The notes: a model not told the origin generated them from the letters alone. A DNA stretch of 64,000 nucleotides from Hyphomicrobiales bacterium (GCA_021323775.1 JAJPKK010000155.1:9080-73079); one strand, 5' to 3'. Numbered from the stretch's first letter, positions 8,682-19,892 are shown. Translations and numbers: made by a program.

Positions 8682-9662
8682 TCAATGCGCCCACATCAGC
8701 AACACGACGCCGATCACGATCATCGCAATGCCTGCTCCTTCCCGAGCCGACACCGGCTGGCGGAACACGAAGCGTGAGATCGCCTGGGCGAACAAGACTT
8801 CGACCAACGCCAGCGTTCGCACATTGGCGGCGGTTGCGAGCGCGAAAGCCAGAAACCAGAACTGCGAGGCCAGAGCCCCCATGAAGCCGGCGAACAGCGA
8901 CGGCTGCCAGGCCGCGCAGATCGCGATGAGCACGGCGCGTTTACGCAGTGCAAGATAGAGAGTCAGCAGCATTGACTGCACGACGAGGCCGGCCGCCATC
9001 GTGAAGGTCGCCGCCATGACGTAGCTTTGGTCATGCAGACTGAGGATGGCCCCGCGATACCCGATGGCCGACAGAGCGAACGCTGCGCCTGCTGAGAGGC
9101 CGAGCAGGGTCGGTCGCCAGCCGCGGCCTGCCTCTTTCCTACCCTCCCCCGTAACCCCTGCCCTTCCCTCCGCCGCTTGCGGGAGAGGGTTAGGGAGGGG
9201 GCGCGGGGGAGGGTAGGGAGGCGGTCGCTTCAGCGACATCACGACGACGCCCGCGGTCGCAATCCCGATGGCGGCCGCCATCATGGGGGTGACGGCATCG
9301 CCAAGAAACAGCAGGCCAAACAAGGCGACCTGCACGGGCTCAGTCTTGATATACGCAATCGCCACCACGAAAGAGCGCTCCCGCATTGCGGCGAGCATCA
9401 GCGCCGTAGCGGCGATCTGGGTGAGCGCCCCGCCGAGAAGCCATGGCCAGAAGCCCAATGTGGGGCGCGGCAGCGCGCCGCCTGCGCCGAGCAGCGCAAG
9501 CAGGAAGATCACGGCGAACGGGCAGCCGAACAGAAACCGCACCTGGGTTGCCCCGACAGTGCCCAGCTTGCCGGTCAGTTCCCGTTGTGCCGCATTGCGC
9601 ACAGTTTGGGCCGCGGCCGCGACGATCGTGAACACAGCCCAGAGCCAGCTCGAACCGGCCAC
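8682..9662 (-). CDS. DMT (EamA-type) family transporter carrying an in-frame REP-derived insert in the central loop
   Basis: Hydrophobic ten-helix-like profile in two halves with a GTG start. The central segment RPPPYPPPRPLPNPLPQAAEGRAGVTGEGRKEAGRG is encoded by the palindromic repeat at 9138-9218. Confidence 0.8.
   Translation of the reverse strand: MAGSSWLWAVFTIVAAAAQTVRNAAQRELTGKLGTVGATQVRFLFGCPFAVIFLLALLGAGGALPRPTLGFWPWLLGGALTQIAATALMLAAMRERSFVVAIAYIKTEPVQVALFGLLFLGDAVTPMMAAAIGIATAGVVVMSLKRPPPYPPPRPLPNPLPQAAEGRAGVTGEGRKEAGRGWRPTLLGLSAGAAFALSAIGYRGAILSLHDQSYVMAATFTMAAGLVVQSMLLTLYLALRKRAVLIAICAAWQPSLFAGFMGALASQFWFLAFALATAANVRTLALVEVLFAQAISRFVFRQPVSAREGAGIAMIVIGVVLLMWAH
9138..9218. repeat. 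GC-rich palindromic REP-like element (family A: CCCTCCC..GCTTGCGGG..GGGAGGG), intragenic
   Basis: Outer arms cctaccctcccccg / cgggggagggtagg. The inner core is nearly identical to the copy at 43110-43162. By my arm boundaries the element is 81 bp. Confidence 0.7.
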
Positions 9663-9663
9663 G

Positions 9664-10437
9664 TCAATCCGACCGGGCCTTTTCGGCCGTCAGCATGTAG
9701 TTCACGTCCATGTCGGACGACAATCGCCATTGGTCGGTGAGCGGATTGTAGATGACGCCGGTTTCGTCAATGGTCCGCAGGCCAGCCCGCGCCATAGCGC
9801 TCTCAAGCTCGTCGGGGCGGACGAACTTATCCCACCGGTGCGTCCCGCGAGGGAGCCAGCGCAGCACGTATTCGGCGCCCACGATGGCCAGCGCAAAGCT
9901 CTTGAGCGTGCGGTTGAGCGTGGCGGCGATCATCAGCCCGCCCGGCTTGACCATATTGGCGCAGCAGCGCACGAACAGGCCCACGTCGGCCACGTGCTCC
10001 ACCACTTCCATCGCCAACACCACGTCGAAACGTTCGCCGCCGCCGGCGAGGGCCTCGGCGGCGGCAACCCGGTAATCGATCGTGAGGCCGCCACGTTCGG
10101 CATGGATCTGAGCGGCCTTGATATTGTCAGGCGACGGATCGGCCCCGACGACGCCGGCGCCAAGCCGCGCCAGCGGCTCGCACAAAATGCCTCCGCCGCA
10201 GCCGATATCGAGAATGCGGATGCCGCCGAGGCAAGGCGGCTGGCCGGCATTGCGTCCGAATTGGCGGCACACCGCATCCCGGATATAGGCGAGCCGGACC
10301 GGATTGAACTTGTGCAGCACCGCCATTTTTCCGCGTGGGTCCCACCACTCTCCGGCGAGCCGCGAGAAGCGGTCGACTTCGGCAACGTCGACGGTGGCGT
10401 GGGCAACGGCATCTGAGTGGATCGTTCGGTCGGCCAT
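9664..10437 (-). CDS. ubiG: bifunctional 3-demethylubiquinol 3-O-methyltransferase / 2-polyprenyl-6-hydroxyphenol methylase
   Basis: ORF trimmed to [37 protein letters not shown] motif [11 protein letters not shown]. Confidence 0.9.
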   Translation of the reverse strand: MADRTIHSDAVAHATVDVAEVDRFSRLAGEWWDPRGKMAVLHKFNPVRLAYIRDAVCRQFGRNAGQPPCLGGIRILDIGCGGGILCEPLARLGAGVVGADPSPDNIKAAQIHAERGGLTIDYRVAAAEALAGGGERFDVVLAMEVVEHVADVGLFVRCCANMVKPGGLMIAATLNRTLKSFALAIVGAEYVLRWLPRGTHRWDKFVRPDELESAMARAGLRTIDETGVIYNPLTDQWRLSSDMDVNYMLTAEKARSD

Positions 10438-10469
10438 GTTAACGATTTTCGCCTCTTGGTGTTGTTTCG

Positions 10470-10570
10470 CCTCCCTACCCTCCCCTGCGGGCGCCAGGCA
10501 GTCGCACGCAGACAGGGCGCGGCCGTGCTCCCGCTCCCGCTTGCGGGGAGGGGGACGGGGCGAGGGGGCG
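10470..10570. repeat. REP family A unit(s), intergenic ubiG-lysC
   Basis: ctccctaccctcccctgcggg ... ctcccgcttgcggggagggggacggggcgaggggg. Confidence 0.6.
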
Positions 10571-10701
10571 TTTCCCCACGCGCAATCTCGCCACTCAGAA
10601 CTGGCGGAGAGGCCCTCACCTGGAATTTGCGCGAGAAGCGCGCAAATTCCGACCCCTCCCCGCAAGCCCAGGTAAAAGAGGCCGGCGCCTCACATGCGAT
10701 T

Positions 10702-10735
10702 GCCCTCCCCTGCAAGCGGGAGTCAGGGAGGGGTT
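10702..10735. repeat. REP family A unit
   Basis: Hairpin gccctcccctgcaagcgggagtcagggagggg. A half unit, gacccctccccgcaagccc, lies at 10651-10669. Confidence 0.6.
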
Positions 10736-10789
10736 GAGTGAGGTTGCGGCGCCGCAAACTCACCGTTATGTATACGCGCCATTTTGTCC

Positions 10790-10838
10790 TTGCCCTACCC
10801 TCGCCCTACCCTCGCCTGCTTGCCCGGAAGCGCGGGGA
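10790..10838. repeat. REP family A-like unit
   Basis: ttgccctaccctcgccctaccctcgcctgcttgcccggaagcgcgggg. Confidence 0.45.
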
Positions 10839-10874
10839 CTTGTTTGGCTTTGGCGGAGAAATTTGAGTTCCCTT

Positions 10875-12128
10875 ATGGCTCGATTGGTCATGAAGTTCGG
10901 CGGCACGTCGGTGGCCGATATCGAGCGGATCCGCAACGTTGCGCGGCATGTCAAGCGGGAGATTGACGCCGGCCACGAGGTCGCCGTGGTCGTCTCGGCC
11001 ATGTCGGGGGCGACCAATCGGCTCGTGGAATGGTGTCGTGAGGCGTCGGTGCTGCATGATGCCCGAGAATACGATGCCGTGGTGGCGTCTGGCGAGCAGA
11101 TTACGTCGGGTCTGCTTGCGATTTCGCTGCAAGCCATCGGGATCGCAGCGCGGTCGTGGCAGGGTTGGCAACTGCCTATTATCACCTCCGATGCCCATGC
11201 CTCGGCCCGCATCCTCAGCGTAAACGGCGCCGAACTGATGCGGCGCCTGCATGAATGCAAGGAGGTCGCCGTCATTTCCGGTTTCCAGGGCATCCATCCG
11301 CAGTCCGGACGGATCACCACCCTGGGTCGCGGCGGTTCTGATACTTCCGCGGTTGCGGTCGCCGCCGCCATCGGCGCCGATCGCTGCGATATCTACACTG
11401 ATGTTGACGGAGTCTACACGACCGACCCGCGCGTGGTGCCGAAGGCGCGGCGGCTTGACCGTATCTCGTTTGAGGAAATGCTCGAGCTCGCCTCTCAGGG
11501 CGCCAAGGTGCTTCAGGTGCGTTCAGTCGAACTCGGCATGGTCCACCAGGTGCCAATCTTCGTGCGCTCAAGCTTCGATTCGCCGGACAGCATCGATCCG
11601 CACAAGTATCCGCCGGGCACCTTGATTTGCGACGAGGAGGAACTCGTGGAACAGCACGTCGTCACCGGGATCGCGTTTTCCAAGGACGAGGCGCAGATCT
11701 CGATCCGCCGTGTCCAAGATAAGCCGGGCGTCGCGGCCAACATTTTTGGTCCCCTGGCTGACGCCAACATCAATGTGGACATGATCGTCCAGAACGTGTC
11801 GGCGGACGGAGCCACCACCGATCTTACTTTTACGGTCCCGGCTGCCGATTTCGAGCGCGCCAAGGAGACCATAGCCGCCGCAAAGGCGCAGATCGGCTAC
11901 GAGCGCCTCGACGGCGCAACCGACGTTACGAAGGTTTCGGTCATTGGAGTTGGAATGCGCAGCCACGCCGGCGTCGCGGCCAAGGCCTTCCGGTCCCTCG
12001 CCGACCGCGGCATCAATATTCGCGCGATCACAACCTCGGAAATCAAGTTCTCTCTTCTGATCGATTCAGCCTACACGGAACTCGCGGTCCGGACCTTGCA
12101 TTCGTTGTATGGGCTGGATAAATCATAG
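10875..12128 (+). CDS. lysC: aspartate kinase
   Basis: ORF trimmed to MARLVMKFGGTSVADIERI. C-terminal ACT domains. Confidence 0.9.
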   Translation: MARLVMKFGGTSVADIERIRNVARHVKREIDAGHEVAVVVSAMSGATNRLVEWCREASVLHDAREYDAVVASGEQITSGLLAISLQAIGIAARSWQGWQLPIITSDAHASARILSVNGAELMRRLHECKEVAVISGFQGIHPQSGRITTLGRGGSDTSAVAVAAAIGADRCDIYTDVDGVYTTDPRVVPKARRLDRISFEEMLELASQGAKVLQVRSVELGMVHQVPIFVRSSFDSPDSIDPHKYPPGTLICDEEELVEQHVVTGIAFSKDEAQISIRRVQDKPGVAANIFGPLADANINVDMIVQNVSADGATTDLTFTVPAADFERAKETIAAAKAQIGYERLDGATDVTKVSVIGVGMRSHAGVAAKAFRSLADRGINIRAITTSEIKFSLLIDSAYTELAVRTLHSLYGLDKS

Positions 12129-12295
12129 CCCGTAATGCATCGCAACATCGCCTTTCGCCTTGCGGCCTGTACGTTTCATTCGCTATAGCCTTAAGCGTGC
12201 GGCGGCGCCGGGCCGGAGCGTGCGCCATTCCCTGTTCACATAAGCCTGGTTAGGGGCAAGCCGGCTTGGATATTCGGCCTGAGGGACCTCACGCC

Positions 12296-14563
12296 ATGCG
12301 CGGCGCGCTGGGCGGTCCGCGAGTATTGTTGCGCCGGCTTCGCGAAGTGATGGCGGAACCGGTCAGCGCGCAGGAACGCCTCGACAAAATCGTGGTGCTG
12401 ATTGCCGCCAACATGGTGGCGGAGGTGTGCTCCGTCTACGTGCTGCGGGTCGACTCCACGCTGGAACTGTACGCCACCGAGGGCCTGAACCGTGAGGCCG
12501 TCCACCGGACAGTGATGCGGTCGGACGAAGGGCTCGTCGGCCTGGTGGCAAGCGAAGCCAGCCCCGTCAACCTCTCCGACGCGCAAGCGCACCCGGCGTT
12601 CTCTTATCGGCCGGAAACCGGCGAAGAGATCTACCATTCCTTCCTCGGGGTGCCGATCCTGCGCGCCGGCAATACGCTCGGCGTGCTGGTGGTGCAAAAC
12701 CGGGCGCGCCGCACCTACTCGGAGGAAGAGGTCGAGGCGCTTCAGACCACCGCGATGGTGCTGGCGGAGATGATTGCGTCCGGCGAGCTTGCGGCGCTCG
12801 CGCAGCCGGGCGCCGAACCCGCCGTGCGCCGCAGCCTGCGGCTTCAAGGTTCAGTGCTTAATGAGGGCATCGCGCTCGGTCACGTGGTCCTGCACGAGCC
12901 GCGCGTCATCATCACCAACTTCATTGCGGACGATATCGCAAAGGAACGCGCCCGCCTTGAAAGTGCGATCACCGCGCTGCGCTCCGATCTCGACGCCATG
13001 CTCGAGCACGGAGATGTGGCGGAGGGCGGCGAGCATCGCGAAGTCCTCGAAGCCTATCGCATGTTTGCCCATGACCGCGGCTGGGTGCACAAACTAGAGG
13101 AAGCGGTTTTGACGGGCCTCACTGCGGAGGCGGCGGTCGAGCGCGTACAATCCGATACGCGAGCCCGCATGCTGCGTCAGACCGATCCCTATCTGCGCGA
13201 ACGCCTGCACGATCTCGATGACCTGACAAACCGGCTGTTGCGGCAACTGCTCGGCCGCGACCACGCTCCGGCCCGCGAGCACCTGCCGGAGAACGCGATC
13301 ATTGTAGCGCGCTCGATGGGGCCGGCGGCCCTGTTGGATTATGACCGCAAGCGCCTGCGCGCCCTTGTGCTGGAGGAGGGCGGGCCCACATCCCATGTGG
13401 CGATTATTGCTCGCGCCCTCGGGATTGCCGCGGTGGGTGAAGTCAACAACGCCATTGGCTTCGTCGATTCCGGCGATGCGGTCATTGTCGACGCCACCAG
13501 CGGCGAAGTACATATTCGCCCGTCGCCCGAACTCGAAGCTTCCTACATCGAACGGGTGCGGGTGCGGGCGCGCCGGCAGCTCCAGTATCAGGCGCTGCGC
13601 GACAAACCTTGTGTGACGCGGGACGGCGTCGAGATCTCCCTGCTCCTCAACGCGGGATTGCTGGTCGACTTGCCGCACATCGAGGAAACCGGAGCTTCCG
13701 GAATAGGTCTGTTCCGTACTGAATTGCAGTTCATGGTAGCCGGCCAGTTCCCGCGCGCCGCCGAGCAGGTTTCGCTGTACCGGGCGGTGCTGGACAGCGC
13801 CGGGCGCCGCCCTGTCACGTTCCGCACCCTCGATGTCGGCGGCGACAAGGTGCTGCCCTACATGCGCATTATCGAGGAAGAAAATCCTGCCCTTGGCTGG
13901 CGCGCCATCAGATTGGGCCTAGACCGCCCGGCGCTGCTCCGCAGCCAGATTCGCGCGTTGCTGCGCGCCGCCTCGGGGCGCGAACTCAGGGTGATGTTTC
14001 CGATGATCGCAGCCGTGCGCGAGTTCGATGAGGCCAAGGAGCTGGTCGAGCGGGAATTGACCTATCTGCGTCGCCACAACTACCGGCTCCCGGAGCGGGT
14101 CGAGATCGGGACCATGGTGGAGGTGCCGTCGTTGCTTTATCAGCTTGACGAACTGTTGGAGCGTGTGGATTTCCTCTCGGTCGGCTCGAACGACCTTGCT
14201 CAGTTCCTGTTTGCCGCCGATCGCGGCAATCCGCGCGTGAGCACGCGGTTTGATGACCTGTCCATTCCCATGCTGCGCGCCCTGCGCAGCATTGCCGAGC
14301 GCGGCGAGGCCCATGGCAAGCCGGTGACAGTGTGCGGCGAGATGGCGTCGAAGACCGTGGGCGCGCTCGCCCTTATCGCGCTCGGCTATCGAAAATTGTC
14401 GCTGGTCGCCTCGGCGGTGGGCCCCGTCAAGGCGATGGCGCTGGAACTCGATGTCGGCAAGGCCGCAACGCTGGTCAAGGCTCTGATCTCGCACAGAGAC
14501 GGAGGAGGATCGATCCGCGACAAGCTGGTCGCCTTTGCGGAAACAGAAGGCATTCCCCTGTAA
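12296..14563 (+). CDS. ptsP: phosphoenolpyruvate-protein phosphotransferase PtsP (EI-Ntr, N-terminal GAF domain)
   Basis: GAF-like N-terminus, swivel-His region [16 protein letters not shown], and a PEP-utiliser C-terminal barrel. First ATG at 12296; the ORF opens at a TTG at 12266. Confidence 0.9.
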   Translation: MRGALGGPRVLLRRLREVMAEPVSAQERLDKIVVLIAANMVAEVCSVYVLRVDSTLELYATEGLNREAVHRTVMRSDEGLVGLVASEASPVNLSDAQAHPAFSYRPETGEEIYHSFLGVPILRAGNTLGVLVVQNRARRTYSEEEVEALQTTAMVLAEMIASGELAALAQPGAEPAVRRSLRLQGSVLNEGIALGHVVLHEPRVIITNFIADDIAKERARLESAITALRSDLDAMLEHGDVAEGGEHREVLEAYRMFAHDRGWVHKLEEAVLTGLTAEAAVERVQSDTRARMLRQTDPYLRERLHDLDDLTNRLLRQLLGRDHAPAREHLPENAIIVARSMGPAALLDYDRKRLRALVLEEGGPTSHVAIIARALGIAAVGEVNNAIGFVDSGDAVIVDATSGEVHIRPSPELEASYIERVRVRARRQLQYQALRDKPCVTRDGVEISLLLNAGLLVDLPHIEETGASGIGLFRTELQFMVAGQFPRAAEQVSLYRAVLDSAGRRPVTFRTLDVGGDKVLPYMRIIEEENPALGWRAIRLGLDRPALLRSQIRALLRAASGRELRVMFPMIAAVREFDEAKELVERELTYLRRHNYRLPERVEIGTMVEVPSLLYQLDELLERVDFLSVGSNDLAQFLFAADRGNPRVSTRFDDLSIPMLRALRSIAERGEAHGKPVTVCGEMASKTVGALALIALGYRKLSLVASAVGPVKAMALELDVGKAATLVKALISHRDGGGSIRDKLVAFAETEGIPL

Positions 14564-14577
14564 CCCAAGCCGTGTCC

Positions 14578-15672
14578 ATGCTTCCCGAAGCGAAACTCGA
14601 TGTCATGCTGGCGCGCCACGCCTCACTGGAAGCGGAGCTTTCCCGCCCGCTCGGGGCAGACGCCTACGTGAAGCTGACCCGCGAACTTGCCGAGATAGCG
14701 CCGGTAGTGGAAAAGGTGAAAGCCTATCGGAGCGCGGTGGCCGATCTCGCCGATCTCGATGCGATCATTGCCGATCCGGCCACCGAACCGGACCTGCGCG
14801 CCGTCGCGGTCGCGGAAAAGCCGGTCGTCGAAGCGCGTCGCGGCGCGCTCGAGCGTGACATCCGGCTGGCGCTCATCCCCAAGGACGCGATGGACGACAA
14901 GAATGTCATTCTCGAGATCCGAGCCGGGACAGGAGGCGACGAAGCGGCACTATTCGCGGGCGACCTGTTTCGGATGTATGAGCGCTATGCGGCGAAACAC
15001 GGCTGGAAGACCGGCATTCTTTCCGTGAGCGAAGGCGCCAAGGGCGGTTACAAGGAGATTATCGCCGAGATAACCGGACCGGGCGCCTTTGCACGGCTTA
15101 AATTTGAATCCGGCGTGCACCGCGTCCAGCGCGTCCCCGATACCGAGGCTTCGGGCCGAATTCATACTTCGGCCGCAACCGTTGCGGTGCTGCCGGAAGT
15201 CGAGGAGGTCGATGTCGGCATCGACGAAAAGGATCTGCGGATCGAGACCATGCGGTCTCAGGGCGCCGGCGGCCAGCATGTCAACAAGACCGAGTCGGCG
15301 ATCCGCATCACCCATCTTCCGACCGGCATCGTGGTGATGTTGCAGGAGGAGCGCTCCCAGCACCGCAACCGCGCCAAAGCCATGAGTCTGCTGCGCGCCA
15401 AGCTTTACGACGCCGAACGTCAGCGCCTTGACGCCGCGCGCGCGGCCGAGCGCCGCGGCCAGGTCGGCAGCGGCGACCGCTCCGAGCGCATCCGGACGTA
15501 CAACTTCCCCCAAGGGCGTGTCACCGATCACCGCATTAACCTTACGCTTTACAAGCTGCCCCAGGTGATCGAGGGCGAAGCCTTGGACGAGATCATCGAT
15601 GCTTTGACCACCGAACATCAGGCATCGCTGCTGGCCGCGCAGGACCAGCCTCACGCCGGAGCGCTGCCGTGA
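14578..15672 (+). CDS. prfA: peptide chain release factor 1
   Basis: ORF trimmed to [17 protein letters not shown] motif [15 protein letters not shown] and RF1-type PET tripeptide (VPDTEASGR context). Confidence 0.95.
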   Translation: MLPEAKLDVMLARHASLEAELSRPLGADAYVKLTRELAEIAPVVEKVKAYRSAVADLADLDAIIADPATEPDLRAVAVAEKPVVEARRGALERDIRLALIPKDAMDDKNVILEIRAGTGGDEAALFAGDLFRMYERYAAKHGWKTGILSVSEGAKGGYKEIIAEITGPGAFARLKFESGVHRVQRVPDTEASGRIHTSAATVAVLPEVEEVDVGIDEKDLRIETMRSQGAGGQHVNKTESAIRITHLPTGIVVMLQEERSQHRNRAKAMSLLRAKLYDAERQRLDAARAAERRGQVGSGDRSERIRTYNFPQGRVTDHRINLTLYKLPQVIEGEALDEIIDALTTEHQASLLAAQDQPHAGALP

Positions 15673-16541
15673 CCGGCGGGGCCCTTTCCATCGACACGGT
15701 GCGCCGCAAAGTGGCGCGGCGCTTTCGTGAATGTGGGCTCGGCACTCCCGATCTCGATGCGCGCATTCTGGTCGGCCACGCGCTCGGCCTGGACCACGCT
15801 GCCCTCATGCTTGCGGGACAGCGACGCCTTGCGGCTGCCGAGATCGCTCGCATCGAAGCGCTGGAAGCGCGGCGGCTCTGCCGCGAGCCCGTTGCGCGCA
15901 TCACCGGCACGAAGGAATTCTGGGGCCTGCAGTTCAAGATCACGCCTGACGTGCTGGTGCCGCGCCCGGAGACCGAAACCGTCGTCGAGGAGGCGCTGGC
16001 GGCCGTCGATCGAATGGGGGCGCGCTCGCGCGCTTTGCGCATAGCCGATCTCGGGGTCGGCTCGGGCGCGATTCTGATTGCGCTCCTGGCCGAATTGCCG
16101 AACGCACGCGCAATCGGCACCGATCGCGATCCCGCAGCTCTTGTGCTCGCGCGCGAAAATGCGCGCCGCCTGGGCGTCGCGGAGCGCGCGGCGTTCGTGG
16201 CCTGCGATTTTGGCGCCGCCGTGGCGCCTCACTGCGATCTCGTCGTCACCAATCCTCCCTATATTCGCACCGATGAAATCGCCGAACTCGAACCCGACGT
16301 GCGCGAGTTCGACCCGCGCAGCGCGATCGACGGGGGGCTCGATGGCCTTGCAGCCTATCGTGCCGTTGCGGACCACGCCCGGCACATCCTTGCCCCAGGC
16401 GCGCATCTAATCGCTGAAATCGGCAAAGGCCAAGGCGGCCATGTCGCCGCCTTGTTCGCCGCTGCTGGTTTTGGCGGGATCAGGATCGTGCCAGATCTGG
16501 CCGGTATATCGAGAGTGGTGGCGGCAGTCCGCAACCCATGA
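15669..16541 (+). CDS. prmC: release factor glutamine N5-methyltransferase
   Basis: Overlaps the prfA stop. Contains DLGVGSGAI and the NPPY motif VVTNPPYI. Confidence 0.9.
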   Translation: MTGGALSIDTVRRKVARRFRECGLGTPDLDARILVGHALGLDHAALMLAGQRRLAAAEIARIEALEARRLCREPVARITGTKEFWGLQFKITPDVLVPRPETETVVEEALAAVDRMGARSRALRIADLGVGSGAILIALLAELPNARAIGTDRDPAALVLARENARRLGVAERAAFVACDFGAAVAPHCDLVVTNPPYIRTDEIAELEPDVREFDPRSAIDGGLDGLAAYRAVADHARHILAPGAHLIAEIGKGQGGHVAALFAAAGFGGIRIVPDLAGISRVVAAVRNP

Positions 16542-17083
16542 CCGCGGCGCGGGTGACAATCGCAAGAATGCAGAAAAAAATGCTTGGATTATCGGTCAAG
16601 ACCGACTACCTTTCATTTACGGGATGGACCTAAGGTTCAATTGTCGCCCCCACCGACGGCTTGGAGCACGGCTCGGCAAGGCAGTGGGCGCAAACGAGAT
16701 GGATAAACCGACATCGATGGGACGTGCATCGACATGACGCGATCACCGGTTCTTCTCTCGGTGGCGGAAATCTCGCATGCGAGATAGTTGAAATCGGGAA
16801 ACTTAGGTTCGAGATGCTTCATCGTTAAGGTGAATTGTCGCGGTCGCCGTGGCGTCGCGGCAGTCCTGATGGAAGGTGGGCAACGCCGCGGTTCTGCTGC
16901 GAGCAAGGTCTGAGCGACGACTAAACCTCTATTCACGCTGGCGTTCCTGGGCGAATGCCGGGGGTAGCCTTTGTCACAGGCAAAGGCATCGGGGCTGGCT
17001 GCCATTCTTTCGGGAATACGGCCGGATGTGGGGGAACGGGCGGCACATGCCGCCTTCAATTGAGGATTGGCAAAGCGCTAGTC

Positions 17084-17812
17084 ATGAGAAATCAGCAAAA
17101 CAAGCGTATGCGCGGGCGCAACCGCAAGAGTCACAATCCGCTCACACGGGTGTACGAGTCGAACGGACCAGATGTCAAAATGCGGGGCACGGCGTCCCAC
17201 ATTGCCGAGAAATACCTGCAACTTGCGCGCGATGCCCAGGCGTCGGGAGATCCGGTTTCTGAGCAGAGCTATCTCCAGCACGCGGAGCATTATTTCCGCC
17301 TGATCGCTGCAGCGCAGGACCAGTACCGGCAGGCCGCGCCCTTCTACCGCGGCGATGGCGGAATGGACGGCAGGGACGAGCCGCGTGACGACATGATCGA
17401 CGACGTGGACGATGAGCCGGCAGCTCTGCCGGGTGTGGGCGAGCAACCTGCCTTTGGTCCTCGCGATCCGCAGCCCTATCTGCCGCGCGACGCGCAGTTC
17501 TTCCAGCCGCGCGAACAGCTCCGCGAGCAACCGAGTTTCAGCGGTCGCCATTCGCAGCACGCTGCATCCAAAGACGACGACAGCAATGTCGACCGCCTGC
17601 CGTCCTTTATCACCGGCGGCGCGCCGGTGGCGCAAATCGCATCGCCTCCGGCGCATCAAGGCTACGGCCAAAACGGCTACGAGGGACAGGGCGATCGTTT
17701 CCCGCTGCATCGGCGGCGGCGACGTCATCGTGGCCCACGCGGCGATCTCGCACAAGGCGCACAAAGCGACGGTGAGGATGCCGCGCACAGCACGCGCCAG
17801 AACGGAGATTGA
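17084..17812 (+). CDS. DUF4167 domain-containing protein
   Basis: ORF trimmed to MRNQQNKRMRGRNRKSHNPLTRVYESNGPDVKMRGTASHIAEKYLQLARDA, the typical DUF4167 N-terminus. Confidence 0.75.
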   Translation: MRNQQNKRMRGRNRKSHNPLTRVYESNGPDVKMRGTASHIAEKYLQLARDAQASGDPVSEQSYLQHAEHYFRLIAAAQDQYRQAAPFYRGDGGMDGRDEPRDDMIDDVDDEPAALPGVGEQPAFGPRDPQPYLPRDAQFFQPREQLREQPSFSGRHSQHAASKDDDSNVDRLPSFITGGAPVAQIASPPAHQGYGQNGYEGQGDRFPLHRRRRRHRGPRGDLAQGAQSDGEDAAHSTRQNGD

Positions 17813-18101
17813 CTGCGGGCCGGCCTCGGATTGCGCGGCGGCGCAGCGGGTCTGCCAGCAGGCGGACGCTTTTTATTGTGCCTCATCCTTGTCGCGATCT
17901 TCGCGCCGCCAACCAGCCACAGCATAAGGGGGCGTCGTCAGCCGTCTGAGGACTTTAGTGCCCGCCCCGTAGCGATCCTCGCGCGGCTAAAATCGGCCAC
18001 AGCATAAAATGCGATTCTTCACGGACGCCAGACTCAAAGGCGCGCTCCTGGGCCTGTCGAAGGCGCCCGCCACCGAAGCTCCGGCGGGGCACGTTTCGCG
18101 C

Positions 18102-18935
18102 TCAGCTTGTCGAAGAGTGCCCCCCCGACAATGGCTCCGACGACGCGCAACGCACGCTGGCGCCGCCCGGGACCCACGAGCCTGCAGCAAAGAAAATCCG
18201 TGCGGCGCCGCCGGGAGATGGTGCCAAAACCGGCTTCAGTACGGGTTTGAGAGTTGTCACCAGTTTCTTCTCGCGAGCTGGAATCGCCCGATAGACCTGC
18301 TTTGTCGCCTCTACGAGGTGCACTCCCGCAAATGGCGCCGACACAGTCGCGCCGGTGCGTTCCCAGGCGGCTGCCGAACGCAAAAACCAGCGACGGTCAA
18401 TCGGCGGCACGTAGAGCGCATCACCCCATGCGGTCGGCGTGAACCATGTCTCGCGCAGAAGGTGCGTTAACTGCGAGCGAGAGTACGGCCGTCCCTGACC
18501 GAATGGGGTTGTGTCCATTCGCGCCCACAAGCCGCGCCGATTCGGCACCACCGCGAGGATTCGGCCGCCAGCCGCCAGCACGCGCCATACCTCGCGCAAC
18601 AACGCCGCAACGTCGTTGCTCAACTCAAGGGCATGCACCAGCAGGATACGATCAACCGCCGCGTCCGGAAGCGGCAGTTCGCACTCGTCAACCAGGGCGA
18701 CAAGCGTCGGTCGCGCGGAGGGCCATTTGACCACGCCCTGGGCCGCGGGCATGAAGGCAAGGCAGCGTTCCGCGTCCTCGCGGAACAGGCCCAGATACGG
18801 CGTCGCGTAGCCGACACCGAGCACCCGCAGTGCCGCGCTTCCGGTCCACAGTCGCCGAATGCCGCGCCCGATGAACCGCCGCGCCACCGTTCCGAGCGGG
18901 TGAGCATAGAAATTGCGAAGGTCGACGACATCCAT
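18102..18935 (-). CDS. class I SAM-dependent methyltransferase
   Basis: LLVHALELSNDVAALLREVWRVLAAGGRILAVVPN. Divergent from gloB, as is common in alphaproteobacteria. Confidence 0.7.
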   Translation of the reverse strand: MDVVDLRNFYAHPLGTVARRFIGRGIRRLWTGSAALRVLGVGYATPYLGLFREDAERCLAFMPAAQGVVKWPSARPTLVALVDECELPLPDAAVDRILLVHALELSNDVAALLREVWRVLAAGGRILAVVPNRRGLWARMDTTPFGQGRPYSRSQLTHLLRETWFTPTAWGDALYVPPIDRRWFLRSAAAWERTGATVSAPFAGVHLVEATKQVYRAIPAREKKLVTTLKPVLKPVLAPSPGGAARIFFAAGSWVPGGASVRCASSEPLSGGHSSTS

Positions 18936-19028
18936 GCCGCAAAGATACCACGAAGCTTAGCGCGAGATCGAAGGGCTGCGCCGAACACAGCCCCATGTTA
19001 TAGAGCGTTCGTCAACGAAAGGTGTTCC

Positions 19029-19820
19029 ATGGACAGCGTAAGCATCACACTTTCGAACGCTCAGATCCGTCTGTTCCCCTGCCTCAGGGACAATTACGGG
19101 GTCCTGGTCCACGATCCTGCGAGCGGGGCCACGGCGGCGATCGACGCTCCGGAAGCCGCAGCGGTCGAGGCCGCGTTGACTGCGTCTGGGTGGAAATTGT
19201 CCGACATTCTTGTAACCCATCATCATGGGGACCACACTGGCGGAATAGCCGAGTTGAAACGGCGCCACCGCGCCCGGGTGGTGGCGCCGCGGGAGGAGGC
19301 GGCCAAGATCCCGGACGTGGACGAGAAGGTTGCCGAAGGCGGCACTGTCACGCTCGGAACGCTGTCGGCACAGGTGATCGCGACGCCGGGACATACGCTG
19401 GGCCAGATCAACTATTATTTCCCTGCCGCCAAGCTGTTGTTTGCCGGCGACACGCTGTTCTCGATCGGCTGCGGCCGCGTCATAGAAGGCACGCCAGAGA
19501 TGATGTGGCAATCGCTTCTTAAGCTGCGCGCCCTGCCGGATGACACCGCCATGTTTTGCGGCCATGAGTACACTGAAGCCAATATCCGCTTCGCCATGAC
19601 GATCGAGCCGGATAACCCAGCGCTCGCGGCGCGCGCCGCAGAGGTCAAACGGCAGGTCGCCGCCCGCAAGCCGACGATCCCGGCGCTCATGGGCGAGGAA
19701 AAGCGCGCTAACGTGTTCTTGCGCGCCGACGATCCCGCGGTCGCGGCGGCTGTAGGCCTTGCGGGTCAACCGGCGGCTCAGGTGTTTGCCGAAGTCCGCG
19801 CGCGCAAGAACAGGTTCTAA
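19029..19820 (+). CDS. gloB: hydroxyacylglutathione hydrolase (glyoxalase II)
   Basis: ORF trimmed to MDSVSITLSN. Metallo-beta-lactamase motif THHHGDH. Confidence 0.9.
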   Translation: MDSVSITLSNAQIRLFPCLRDNYGVLVHDPASGATAAIDAPEAAAVEAALTASGWKLSDILVTHHHGDHTGGIAELKRRHRARVVAPREEAAKIPDVDEKVAEGGTVTLGTLSAQVIATPGHTLGQINYYFPAAKLLFAGDTLFSIGCGRVIEGTPEMMWQSLLKLRALPDDTAMFCGHEYTEANIRFAMTIEPDNPALAARAAEVKRQVAARKPTIPALMGEEKRANVFLRADDPAVAAAVGLAGQPAAQVFAEVRARKNRF

Positions 19821-19892
19821 AAGGAAGCTCGGTTCGACCGATGTTCAAGCGTGGAAGCTGAAGTTCGGAATCATCCGCGTCAGGCGGCCTTG

